Positions 17,925-26,425 of a DNA stretch of 33,156 bases are shown here, in pieces. The notes beneath the pieces are model-generated. The model was not told the DNA's origin. It searched no databases and saw only the letters and a list, made by a program, of their open reading frames with translations. Numbering within the stretch: the first letter of the stretch is position 1; the number at the start of each line of letters is the position of its first letter. This DNA comes from an uncultured bacterium. GTDB lineage: Bacteria > Actinomycetota > Acidimicrobiia > Spongiisociales > JAHEDJ01. Location: contig CBDTUP010000001.1 in the NCBI GenBank assembly GCA_965363685.1, positions 1 through 33,156 of the forward strand. The letters are read 5' to 3'. Position numbers and translations under genes: made by a program.

Positions 17925-19378
17925 CTGGGATTCCTCAGCCGTAGGACGGTCAAACAGCCGACGAGACCAACTATCGAAAGAGCGGCCACCCAGTCACCGA
18001 GCAACCCCGTCATCGTTCTCCCGGATTCCCTGAAGCGCACGGTCCCTGTGATCGTTGCTTCCTCATAGAGTCCGGTGGCCAGATCGACTCTTCCGCCATC
18101 GACGATCAGGGCGGACTTGCCGGTGATCGCCGCCTGGACCAAATCGATGCCGTTCTCGGCTGCGTGCATCCGGGTCATGTCGATCAATTGATCGGCCGCC
18201 GGTCCAACGCCGTAGCTCCGCTCGTTGGTGGCGACGATCATCAACTTCGCTCCGGCAGCTACATGGTCCCGGGTGTAACGGGCAAAAGCTCCCTCGAACG
18301 AGATAACCGAACCGATTGATCCTGAATCGAGTTCAAACACCACAGGACCGGCTCCCCGGACCATATCCCGCGGAACTCGGTTCGTCGCCGGAATGAGTCC
18401 AAAGACCGGACGCCAGGGAACGTACTCGCCGAATGGCACGGGATGTCGTTTGTTGTACTCGCCGAGATACCTCCCGTCGCGATCAAAGACCATGTTGGCG
18501 TTGACGAAATGTTCGTCATCCACAGGACGGTCACCTCCGACGAGGAAGTATGAGCCGATACGGCTTGCTTCTACTTCAATATCTCGTGCGACCGCAGGAT
18601 TGAGAAGTGGATCGGTCGAGAACCCGGTCGCACTCTCCCCCCACACGACCAGATCCGCCGAGGATGGGGGCAGAGCTTGGGTCAACCGCAGGTGATTCTC
18701 GTATATGGCCTGGCGGTCGCCGGCACAGTGCTCTACACACGGGGTGTTGCCCTGTACAACCGTCACGGTCAGTTCGGCCCCGTCCGCCACCGCCGGCCAT
18801 AACGAGCCGACCGACAACAACACCGCCCACACCGCAGCCAGGCTGCCGGCCCAGCGCAGTTCCATCCGATCCTCCATCAAACGGACCACGACCGCAGCGG
18901 TCATGACGATGACGACCGTCCAACCCGAGACGCCTATCCAGGACGCCGCCCCGCGTGCAGAGGCATAGGGGGCAAGCGCGTACCCCAGCCCACCCCATTG
19001 CAGGCCACCCACCGGCGCCCAACCGCGCAGGAGTTCCATGAGTCCCCAACCTCCTGAGATCACGATCACCCAGGCCGTCAAGGGAAGGTCTCGTTGCCGG
19101 TAGACAAACCAGCCGAATGCCGCAACGAAGACGGACTGGCTGATCACAAGGGCCAGAAGAGCTATCGCCTCTGTCCGGGTGATCCACCACATCAGCAACC
19201 CAAAGAACGTGATGCCGAAGGCGGCCGCAGCAAGGGTAGCTATCAACGAAGAAGCGGCTCGGCGAAGGCTCCAAAGAAACACGACCACGGCCGGGACCGT
19301 GAGGAATCCCCAACCAAATGGCGGAAACGCCAGGACGGCCAGTAGGCCGGCGACAATCGAAGCAAACAACGAAATCAT
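17903..19378 (-). CDS. lnt: Apolipoprotein N-acyltransferase homologue (CN-hydrolase domain) with Ser at the catalytic Cys position
   Basis: 491 aa with an N-terminal polytopic membrane domain and a CN-hydrolase domain (VVWGESA, YNKRHPVPFGEYVP), then a C-terminal TM helix. The expected I-C-(Y/F)-E elbow reads ISFE. Confidence 0.8.
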   Translation of the reverse strand: MISLFASIVAGLLAVLAFPPFGWGFLTVPAVVVFLWSLRRAASSLIATLAAAAFGITFFGLLMWWITRTEAIALLALVISQSVFVAAFGWFVYRQRDLPLTAWVIVISGGWGLMELLRGWAPVGGLQWGGLGYALAPYASARGAASWIGVSGWTVVIVMTAAVVVRLMEDRMELRWAGSLAAVWAVLLSVGSLWPAVADGAELTVTVVQGNTPCVEHCAGDRQAIYENHLRLTQALPPSSADLVVWGESATGFSTDPLLNPAVARDIEVEASRIGSYFLVGGDRPVDDEHFVNANMVFDRDGRYLGEYNKRHPVPFGEYVPWRPVFGLIPATNRVPRDMVRGAGPVVFELDSGSIGSVISFEGAFARYTRDHVAAGAKLMIVATNERSYGVGPAADQLIDMTRMHAAENGIDLVQAAITGKSALIVDGGRVDLATGLYEEATITGTVRFRESGRTMTGLLGDWVAALSIVGLVGCLTVLRLRNPRKNRRAT

Positions 19379-19386
19379 GGCTCACG

Positions 19387-19435
19387 ATTGTATGGCAACG
19401 GTGGAGCAGCGCCACTACCCGTCATCTCCTAGTCT
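19387..19435. promoter_or_regulatory. Back-to-back leaderless-type -10 elements (lnt / IMPase)
   Basis: Minus strand: TACAAT (19392..19387) lies 8 nt before ATG at 19378. Plus strand: TAGTCT (19430-19435) lies 6 nt before ATG at 19442. Confidence 0.5.
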
Positions 19436-19441
19436 CAGAGA

Positions 19442-20236
19442 ATGACGCCCCGCAGCGACCTCGACGTCGCAATTCACGCCGCACTCTCAGGATCCGAGGT
19501 GGTTCGCAACGGATTTGGTGTTGCCGTCGAGCCTGAAATGAAGGGAACGGTCGACCCGGTGACCGAGACCGATCGCCAATCTGAAGAGGCCATTCTCACC
19601 GTTATTCACGCTCATCGTCCGGACGACACCGTTCTCGGCGAGGAGAGCGGAGGGGATGTGGTCGGATCCGGGCGGCGCTGGATAATCGATCCCCTCGACG
19701 GCACGGTCAATTTCGTAGCCGGCATCCCCCACGTGGGTGTGTCGGTTGGTCTGTGGGACGGCGATGAACCGGTGGTGGGAGTAGTGGTCGACGTCCTTCG
19801 AGATGACCTTTTCGCGGCGCAGCGAGGGGAAGGCGCTTCACTCAACGGAAAACCGATGGTGGTTTCGAGCAGGACCGAACTGGGCTCGAGCATCCTTGTA
19901 ACCGGGTTCCCCTACGACCGGCAGCAGCGAGCAGATCTCTATACGGCGCCGGTGACCGACGCTCTTCGAGTTGCCAGGGGTATCAGGCGTTTCGGAACGG
20001 CGTCTCTTGATTTTGCCTGGGTAGCGGCCGGAAGAATGGATGGATACTGGGAATTCGGCCTCAAACCGTGGGACGTCGCCGCCGGCATCCTTCTGATTCG
20101 CGAAGCCGGAGGTCGAGCAACCAACGAACACCAAGAACCGTCGATGGTCGACGACCGCTTCGTGCTGGCAACCAACGGCGGAATTCATCGATCCTTGCAC
20201 ACACTGCTCGAACCTTCGATTCGGAAGGTCCTATGA
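19442..20236 (+). CDS. Inositol monophosphatase family protein (SuhB/ImpA/CysQ-like)
   Basis: 264 aa with the LGEESG, WIIDPLDGTVNF and WDVAAG motifs. Confidence 0.85.
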   Translation: MTPRSDLDVAIHAALSGSEVVRNGFGVAVEPEMKGTVDPVTETDRQSEEAILTVIHAHRPDDTVLGEESGGDVVGSGRRWIIDPLDGTVNFVAGIPHVGVSVGLWDGDEPVVGVVVDVLRDDLFAAQRGEGASLNGKPMVVSSRTELGSSILVTGFPYDRQQRADLYTAPVTDALRVARGIRRFGTASLDFAWVAAGRMDGYWEFGLKPWDVAAGILLIREAGGRATNEHQEPSMVDDRFVLATNGGIHRSLHTLLEPSIRKVL

Positions 20237-20267
20237 GGGGATGGCTCTCGAAGGAAGCGGCCTAGGC

Positions 20268-21848
20268 ATGCGGCGACGACTCATCACTGCCGACACAATC
20301 CAAACAGCACACGGATCACCAGGGAACGCCGTCCTAGTCCAGGACGGAACCATCAGAGCGATCGGCGATGTGGCAGACCTACGCGCTCCGGGCCTGACCG
20401 AGGAGCGCTATCCCGGAAGTGTGATCACACCAGGCCTGGTCGATGCACACTTCCACCCGATGGGTTACACCGCGGCACTCCTGCGCCTGACGCTCGATCA
20501 GGCGACGAGCATCGCTGATCTCGAGGAAATGGTCGCAGAGGCGGCATCCCAACTGGCGCCCGGTCGGGCTCTAGTCGGAACTCGGTTCAGCGATCAGGCG
20601 GTAGGACGGATGCCGCTGAGGACCGACCTGGACCGCGCCGCCGGCGATCGGCCGGTTCTGATCTACCGCTACTGCGGGCATGTAGCCGTCGCCAATACGG
20701 CTGCGCTCAACCTGGCCGGAATTGATCAATCCAGCATCGATCCCAGCGGGGGAACGATAGACCGTGACGACTCGGGCTTTCCGACCGGCGTCCTGCGTGA
20801 GACGGCGATCGCCATGGCGGCGGGACCCGTTGGAGGCAGAGCAGGTGACCTCAAACCTGACGAAGTATTGGCTGCGATGAACGGATTGGTTTCACTCGGC
20901 CTCACATCGATGGGCGGAATCATCGACCTGGGCGGGGACCTCTGGTGTGGAGTTGGTAACGAACTCGATCTATTGACGGAGATCGCCCCGGATCTTCCGC
21001 TGCGTATGTCGGTGCTTGTCATTGCCGACGATCCGGCCGCTCTCGAGACGGCCGCCGATAGATTGCGCGAATCGGGCCCCTGGGTTGATTTCCTCGGCGT
21101 CAAGCAGTTCGCCGATGGCAGCTTCGGCGGACATACCGCCGCAATGCACGAGCCCTTCTCAGATCTTGACAGCGTCGGAACGATGCGACTTGACCACAAC
21201 ACTGGACGAATGGCGCGTGTAGCTCTCGAATTGGGTGGTCGAGTCGCCGTGCACGCCATCGGCGATCGGGCGAACAAGAAGGTGCTTGACCTGTACGAGC
21301 AACTCATCGACGAGGGAGCCGATCCCCGTGACTTGAGGATCGAGCACGTATCGGTCATCTCGGACGAGGACCTCGCTCGAATGGGCGCACTTGGGGTGAC
21401 TGCGGTCATCCAGCCTGCTTTCCTCATGTCGGAGGTCGATTGGCTCGCCGAGCGGGTTGGGGACAGACGGTTGGCCCGAACCTATGCGTTCAGTTCCTTG
21501 CTCAATGCCGGAGTGCCCGTCGCCGGGAGTTCAGATTGCCCTGTTGAGCCACCCTCACCGTGGTGGGGTATGGCGGCCGCGCGTGACCGAGCCGGAATAA
21601 CACCTGAGCAACGTCTGTCGCCGGCGGAAGCACTAGCTCTGTTCACAACCGGAGCCGCCGCTTCGATCGGATCGCCCGACCTGGAGGTCGGCCGACCGTG
21701 CGACCTGGCAATCGTCGATCGACCTCCTCTCGACGTCACGGCCGATTCGTTGAGATCGACCCACGTGCTCGCTACGTGGGTGGATGGCGAGCCCATCTCG
21801 GCTCCATCAAAACCGGTGGTGTGGCACGCGGGCACGGCAGCCTTCTGA
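20268..21848 (+). CDS. Amidohydrolase-3 family metal-dependent hydrolase (YtcJ-like)
   Basis: VDAHFHP (HxH), KQFADGSFGGHTA, VAVHAIGD, RIEH and GSDCP. The start is ATG at 20268 (MRRRLITADTIQT) or ATG at 20241. Confidence 0.8.
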   Translation: MRRRLITADTIQTAHGSPGNAVLVQDGTIRAIGDVADLRAPGLTEERYPGSVITPGLVDAHFHPMGYTAALLRLTLDQATSIADLEEMVAEAASQLAPGRALVGTRFSDQAVGRMPLRTDLDRAAGDRPVLIYRYCGHVAVANTAALNLAGIDQSSIDPSGGTIDRDDSGFPTGVLRETAIAMAAGPVGGRAGDLKPDEVLAAMNGLVSLGLTSMGGIIDLGGDLWCGVGNELDLLTEIAPDLPLRMSVLVIADDPAALETAADRLRESGPWVDFLGVKQFADGSFGGHTAAMHEPFSDLDSVGTMRLDHNTGRMARVALELGGRVAVHAIGDRANKKVLDLYEQLIDEGADPRDLRIEHVSVISDEDLARMGALGVTAVIQPAFLMSEVDWLAERVGDRRLARTYAFSSLLNAGVPVAGSSDCPVEPPSPWWGMAAARDRAGITPEQRLSPAEALALFTTGAAASIGSPDLEVGRPCDLAIVDRPPLDVTADSLRSTHVLATWVDGEPISAPSKPVVWHAGTAAF

Positions 21849-21880
21849 GGCCGGGCACCCAACGAACGAATGCGCTCGGG

Positions 21881-22246
21881 TCAGGTGCCGCCGTCGTAAA
21901 TACAGAACTCGTTGCCTTGAGGATCCGCCATGACGAGCCAGGCAGGGAAGTCACCCTCCTGATGTTCCCCGACGCGTCGACCGCCCAGGCCTTCGATCCT
22001 GGAGGCGAACGCAATGCGATCGGGGACCTTCACGTCTAGATGGAGTCTGTTCTTCACAGACTTCTGCTCCGGAACCAACTGAAAGGCGAGGTGGGGGCCG
22101 TCGCCGCCGAGTTTTCCCAGGTAGACGTAGTTGCCGGCCCGTTCTAGAACCTCAATCCCCAGGATCTCGGTCCAGAACCCGACGGCCTCATCGAGGTCCG
22201 TTGTGTCGTGCATGATCGTGGTGACGCGTACTTCAGGTTCGCTCAT
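21881..22246 (-). CDS. VOC (glyoxalase/bleomycin-resistance/dioxygenase) family protein
   Basis: 121 aa, MSEPEVRVTTIMHDTTDLDEAVGFWTEILG...HLDV...DPQGNEFCI. The longer ORF-track version (to 22726) overlaps the TauE gene and was rejected. Confidence 0.75.
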   Translation of the reverse strand: MSEPEVRVTTIMHDTTDLDEAVGFWTEILGIEVLERAGNYVYLGKLGGDGPHLAFQLVPEQKSVKNRLHLDVKVPDRIAFASRIEGLGGRRVGEHQEGDFPAWLVMADPQGNEFCIYDGGT

Positions 22247-22252
22247 GTACTG

Positions 22253-22306
22253 ATCATATTCGAGACCGCCAAGCACGATCGAGCTCGATTGGAGTCGGCC
22301 TAACAT
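22253..22306. promoter_or_regulatory. Back-to-back leaderless-type -10 elements (VOC / TauE)
   Basis: Minus strand: TATGAT (22258..22253) lies 6 nt before ATG at 22246. Plus strand: TAACAT (22301-22306) lies 7 nt before GTG at 22314. Confidence 0.45.
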
Positions 22307-22313
22307 CGCTGCC

Positions 22314-23054
22314 GTGGAACCGCTGACTGCAGTCCTTCTCATCGCCGCCGGATTCGCGGCCGGGTTCGTGAACACTGTGGCCGGGGGCGGTTCAGTCATA
22401 ACCATTCCCGTCTTGTTCGAGGCCCTCGGCGACGCCGGCCTCGCCAATGGGACCAACCGCATCGCCATTCTCATGGCACAAGTTGCGGCAACGACCGGAT
22501 TCCGGCGGGCCGGCAAACTCGACATGCGGAAGATCGCCCCGCTGATACCCGCCACGGTCCTGGGTGCGGTGACCGGAGCATGGGTCGCCACGAGCCTGGA
22601 CTCCGACTCAATGAAGAAGGTGTTCGCCTTCATTCTGGTGCTGGTTGCCCTCTCGGTGCTGGTGAAGCCATCGCGCTGGTTGGGCGGGCACGAACGGTCG
22701 ATCCCCGAACCGCTTCGCAGCATCATCTTCTTCGGGGTCGGTTTCTACGGCGGGTTCGTGCAGGCAGGGGTCGGCTTCCTGTTGCTGGGTGCCCTGGTGG
22801 TCGGAGGCGGTCTCGACCTGGTGCGAGGCAACGCGGCCAAGGTCTTCCTGATCCTCATCTACACACCTGTGGCTCTGATGCTGTTCGCCTCCGCCGCGCA
22901 GGTCGACTGGTGGTACGGCCTGGTGATGGGCGTAGGCAACGTCTCTGGAGCGATTCTCGCCACGCGGCTGGCGGTCAAGAAGGGCGCAGGATGGATCCGC
23001 TGGGTGATCATCGTGATGGCAGTGGTAGCCGCCATCCGCATGCTCTTCTTCTGA
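22314..23054 (+). CDS. Sulfite exporter TauE/SafE family membrane protein
   Basis: 246 aa with about 8 TM helices. The duplicated motif G(F/L).(A/G)G.(V/L)......GGG (GFAAGFVNTVAGGGSV and GGFVQAGVGFLL) is typical of TauE/SafE. Confidence 0.8.
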   Translation: MEPLTAVLLIAAGFAAGFVNTVAGGGSVITIPVLFEALGDAGLANGTNRIAILMAQVAATTGFRRAGKLDMRKIAPLIPATVLGAVTGAWVATSLDSDSMKKVFAFILVLVALSVLVKPSRWLGGHERSIPEPLRSIIFFGVGFYGGFVQAGVGFLLLGALVVGGGLDLVRGNAAKVFLILIYTPVALMLFASAAQVDWWYGLVMGVGNVSGAILATRLAVKKGAGWIRWVIIVMAVVAAIRMLFF

Positions 23055-23056
23055 GT

Positions 23057-23824
23057 TCAGACGAGGCGACCTTCCATGCCGCCGGCGACAGTTATGAGTT
23101 GGCCGGTGAGGTGACCGGACAGGCGGTCTGAGGCCAGGACCACGACTTGGGCGGCTACGTCGTCCGGCGTCGCCAGTTTCTTGAGTGCCATCGTTGCCGT
23201 CGCCCGCTCGATATGGGCCGGTTCGATTCCGGCTTCAACTCGCTTGGGAGTTGCCGTCCACCCGGGGGCCACCGCATTCACGCGCACGTTGGGGCCCAGG
23301 GTGCTCACCTCGTTCTTCAATGAGGCCAGGAGGCCCGATCCGATCGCCCCCTTGGCCGCGGCATAGTCGGCATGTCCTGCCTCGCCGAACGTACCGGCGG
23401 TCGAGCCCACCAGCACCAGACTTCCAACCCGAGTTTGCCGAACGTGCCGCAGGAAGCCGCGAGCCGTCAGAAAGGCGGTCGTCAAGTTCGCGTCTAGCAC
23501 GGACTGCCAGCGCTCGAGCGTCATATCCCACAACGGCCGGGATTCCGCCGGGTAGCGACCCGCATTCGCCACACAAACGTCGAGTCCACCAAGAGCAGAC
23601 ACCGTAGCCGGGACCAGCTCGGCAGCGCCCTCCTCTGTCGTCAGGTCGGCATACAGCGCCACTCCGCCAATCTCCGCGGCCAACACCCCCGCTTGCTCGT
23701 GAGACGACCGGTAGTGAACCGCGACTTGGGCTCCTTCCGCGGCAAATGCCTTCGAAATTGCCGTGCCGATCCCGCCCGCACCGCCCGTTACCAGTACTCG
23801 TTTGCCCTGTAGACCCGTATCCAT
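23057..23824 (-). CDS. SDR family oxidoreductase (FabG-like)
   Basis: GKRVLVTGGAGGIGTAI (TGxxxGxG), NAG, and the Ser...YAAAK catalytic motif. The start was set to ATG at 23824 (MDTGLQGKRVLVTGG), which has TACCGT 7 nt upstream. The ORF-track start at 23842 is a GTG. Confidence 0.85.
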   Translation of the reverse strand: MDTGLQGKRVLVTGGAGGIGTAISKAFAAEGAQVAVHYRSSHEQAGVLAAEIGGVALYADLTTEEGAAELVPATVSALGGLDVCVANAGRYPAESRPLWDMTLERWQSVLDANLTTAFLTARGFLRHVRQTRVGSLVLVGSTAGTFGEAGHADYAAAKGAIGSGLLASLKNEVSTLGPNVRVNAVAPGWTATPKRVEAGIEPAHIERATATMALKKLATPDDVAAQVVVLASDRLSGHLTGQLITVAGGMEGRLV

Positions 23825-23831
23825 GGCCGTA

Positions 23832-23855
23832 ACGGTAGCCACCAGCCACTATCGT
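23832..23855. promoter_or_regulatory. Back-to-back leaderless-type -10 elements in a 37-bp divergent region (SDR / M3 peptidase)
   Basis: Minus strand: TACCGT (23837..23832) lies 7 nt before ATG at 23824. Plus strand: TATCGT (23850-23855) lies 6 nt before ATG at 23862. Confidence 0.5.
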
Positions 23856-23861
23856 TTCCCC

Positions 23862-25817
23862 ATGCCTTTCGACTACACCTCGTGCACCAAGGATTCGATC
23901 AACGCCGTCGTTGACAAGACGATCACCGACGGCGACCAGCTCATCCAGGAAATCGTCGACGTCACCGGGATACGAACCTTCGCCAACACCATGCAACCGC
24001 TGGAAGCGCTGGCGGTATTGGCGAGCCATGCCTACGGTCAGGGTCCATTCCTCGGCAACGTCGCCACCGACCCGGAGGTTCGCGACACGGCCCGCGACGC
24101 TGAAGAACGTTTGACCAAATGGCAGGTCGATCTGGCGTTCCGCGAGGATCTCTATCAAGCCGTCAAAGAACTGTCCGAAATCACCGAAGTGGCTGCTCTC
24201 TCACCGGAACAGCGCCGTTTCCTAGACCATACCCTCAGAGATTTTCGCCGCGCCGGCCACGACCTATCCGATGACGCACGGGCAGAGCTCAAGCAACTTC
24301 AGGCTCGCCTGGTGGAGCTATCGATTGCCTTTCAGCGGAACCTGGCGGAGTATGAGGACTACCTGATCGTGACCCGCGACGACCTCGACGGCCTTCCCGA
24401 CGGGTATGCCGATCGTCTCGCGGCCGGAGAGGAAGGCACTCTCAAGATCTCGATGGACTACCCGGACGTCGTCCCGTTCATGGAGTCCTCGACCCGTCGC
24501 GATCTCCGGGAAGAGCTGACGTTCAAGTTCAATACGCAGGCCGTTGAGGAGAACCGGCCGGTTCTCGAGGAAGCCGTAAAGATCAGGGAACGGGTGGCGG
24601 ACGTCTTCGGCGTGCCGTCGTGGGCGCACCACGGCATGGAAGTCAAGATGGCGCAACGGCCCGAAGCAGTTCTCGAGTTCTACGAGGGCTTGATCCCACC
24701 CCTGAGCTCCAAGGGTGGCCGGGAACTCGCCGCCATGACTGAGTTGCTTCACAAGGATGGTCATCACGATCGCCTACGAGCATGGGACTACCGCTTCTAC
24801 GACACCCGGCAACGAAAGGAACAGTACGGGGTTGATCCGAATGCGGTAGCCGAGTACTTCCCACTGGAGCAGGTAGTCGAAGGCATGTTTGCGATCACCG
24901 GCGATGTGTTCGGACTCACCTACCGCCGGGTGGCCGAGACGAATGCCTGGCATGAGGACGTATATCTATACGAGATCCACGATGCCGATTCTGGCGATCT
25001 CATTGCTCACTTCTTCGCGGACCTCTTCCCCCGGGAAGGCAAGTACACCCACGCGGCCGCTTTCCCGCTCGTGGCAGGAAACGGACGCCCCGGCGGCGGC
25101 TATGAGACCCCCGTGTCGGCAATAGTCGCCAACTTCACCAAACCGACCTCGGACAAGCCTTCATTACTGCAACACAACGAAGTCGTAACCCTGTTCCACG
25201 AGTTTGGCCACATCCTGCACATGTCCCTCACCAGAGCCGAGTTCGTGCGGTTCTCCGGTGCCAGCACCGAATGGGATTTTGTCGAAGCGCCTTCACAGAT
25301 AATGGAGAACTGGTGCTGGGACTCCTCAGTACTCAGCCGATTCGCACGCCACTATGAAACGGGTGAAGAGATCCCGGTCGAACTGATTGGACAGCTCGTA
25401 GCGGCCAGGGACCTGAACGTCGCTCTCAACACTCTCCGACAGATCTCGTTCGGATGGCTGGACATGGGGATGCATGGACCTCGCGATGATCGCGATCTGG
25501 ACGCGATTCTGCTGGAATCCCAGGCGATCACACTCTTTCCTCCCCACGAGGGAACGTTCTTCCCGTCGAGCTTCGGACACATGATGGGCGGCTACGACGC
25601 CGGCTACTACGGGTACCTGTGGTCGGAGGTGTTCGGCGATGATATGTTCAGCAAGTTCGCGGAAAGCGGCGGTACAGATCCAGAGGTCGGACGTGCGTAC
25701 CGCAGAACGGTTCTCGAGCCCAACGGATCGAAGGACGCAGCCATTCTCTTGCGAGACTTTCTCGGACGGGAACCATCGAACGAGGCCTTTTTGAAGAAAT
25801 TGGGCATTCTCGGCTGA
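23862..25817 (+). CDS. M3-family zinc metallopeptidase (Dcp / oligopeptidase A / thimet-like)
   Basis: HEFGHILH zinc motif with a downstream EAPSQ..E. The length of about 651 aa is typical of M3A. The start was trimmed to ATG at 23862 (MPFDYTSC). Confidence 0.85.
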   Translation: MPFDYTSCTKDSINAVVDKTITDGDQLIQEIVDVTGIRTFANTMQPLEALAVLASHAYGQGPFLGNVATDPEVRDTARDAEERLTKWQVDLAFREDLYQAVKELSEITEVAALSPEQRRFLDHTLRDFRRAGHDLSDDARAELKQLQARLVELSIAFQRNLAEYEDYLIVTRDDLDGLPDGYADRLAAGEEGTLKISMDYPDVVPFMESSTRRDLREELTFKFNTQAVEENRPVLEEAVKIRERVADVFGVPSWAHHGMEVKMAQRPEAVLEFYEGLIPPLSSKGGRELAAMTELLHKDGHHDRLRAWDYRFYDTRQRKEQYGVDPNAVAEYFPLEQVVEGMFAITGDVFGLTYRRVAETNAWHEDVYLYEIHDADSGDLIAHFFADLFPREGKYTHAAAFPLVAGNGRPGGGYETPVSAIVANFTKPTSDKPSLLQHNEVVTLFHEFGHILHMSLTRAEFVRFSGASTEWDFVEAPSQIMENWCWDSSVLSRFARHYETGEEIPVELIGQLVAARDLNVALNTLRQISFGWLDMGMHGPRDDRDLDAILLESQAITLFPPHEGTFFPSSFGHMMGGYDAGYYGYLWSEVFGDDMFSKFAESGGTDPEVGRAYRRTVLEPNGSKDAAILLRDFLGREPSNEAFLKKLGILG

Positions 25818-26080
25818 GCGGCATCCGACAGGGAGCGGGAACCAAATCGTTTCCCGGTGCGTATCAAATGCATGAGCGCGGCACATATACCCCGGCAGAT
25901 TCTTACCGGTTCTTCACGTTCCGTTAACGATCCTGTGAGATTGAGCGCATACCTTGGTGTCATCCGGAAGTGCACATCGCACCGTATAACCGGGGAATGG
26001 ATTAACACTGGCGAGATAGTGGAAATAGATCTACAGTCGATAGTGTTGACAGGGGAACACAGGCCTTGAGGAGGCCCAAC

Positions 26081-26278
26081 ATGGCAGATAACACACTCAA
26101 AGGACGGCGCATGCGAGGGGGAGTTCGCCCCTCGAAGACCTTCTCCACGGATCGTGTATGCGTCAACGCAGACTGCGACACAAAGTTGTCCCAGTACAAT
26201 CGTCGGGAGTTCTGTTTCGCCCATGCCCCCGTGAAGTTCCCACGGGTGCGGGGAAGAATCGTCCCCGAAGGTACCTAA
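26081..26278 (+). CDS. Small basic zinc-ribbon-like protein (65 aa), function unknown
   Basis: ATG at 26081 is preceded by GAGGAGG (26069-26075). Translation: MADNTLKGRRMRGGVRPSKTFSTDRVCVNADCDTKLSQYNRREFCFAHAPVKFPRVRGRIVPEGT. It contains C-x4-C-x12-C-x2-H, net charge is about +8, GC3 is about 65% by my count, and the stop is TAA. Confidence 0.55.
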   Translation: MADNTLKGRRMRGGVRPSKTFSTDRVCVNADCDTKLSQYNRREFCFAHAPVKFPRVRGRIVPEGT

Positions 26279-26330
26279 ATAGAGCTTGGCGCCCTCGGCA
26301 CTCCCACTCCCGCAGGCGCCTACCAGCTGA

Positions 26331-26360
26331 GGCCCCGGACTCCCACCCTCCCCCGGGGCC
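26331..26360 (+). terminator. GC-rich hairpin downstream of the small CDS (weak terminator candidate)
   Basis: GGCCCCGG (26331-26338), a 14-nt C-rich loop, CCGGGGCC (26353-26360), then TT only. There is no real U-tract. Confidence 0.3.
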
Positions 26361-26390
26361 TTGGCACATCCAAATCCAATGGAGCTGCCT

Positions 26391-26419
26391 TTACCCCACC
26401 CCAGGTGGGGTGCTATCAT
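26391..26419 (+). promoter_or_regulatory. CsoR operator embedded in the cso promoter
   Basis: The palindrome CACCCCA-GG-TGGGGTG (26397-26412) has perfect 7-bp arms. It fills the 17-nt spacer between the -35-like TTACCC (26391-26396) and the -10 TATCAT (26414-26419). The csoR ATG at 26426 lies 6 nt downstream. C4/G4 pseudo-palindromes of this kind are the known CsoR operator type. Confidence 0.65.
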
Positions 26420-26425
26420 GGCCTC

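Noticed and set aside
22278-22289. A perfect 12-bp palindrome ATCGAGCTCGAT in the VOC/TauE divergent region, as a possible operator.
   Set aside because: By rough expectation, several 12-bp perfect palindromes occur by chance in 33 kb. It matches no known operator consensus, and no regulator gene is adjacent.
25857-26069. A 70-aa plus-strand ORF in the leader upstream of the small Zn-ribbon CDS.
   Set aside because: It has a GTG start without an SD or a TAnnnT geometry, GC3 near 50% with four ATA codons (foreign to this genome's usage), and no recognisable motif. I treated it as non-coding leader.
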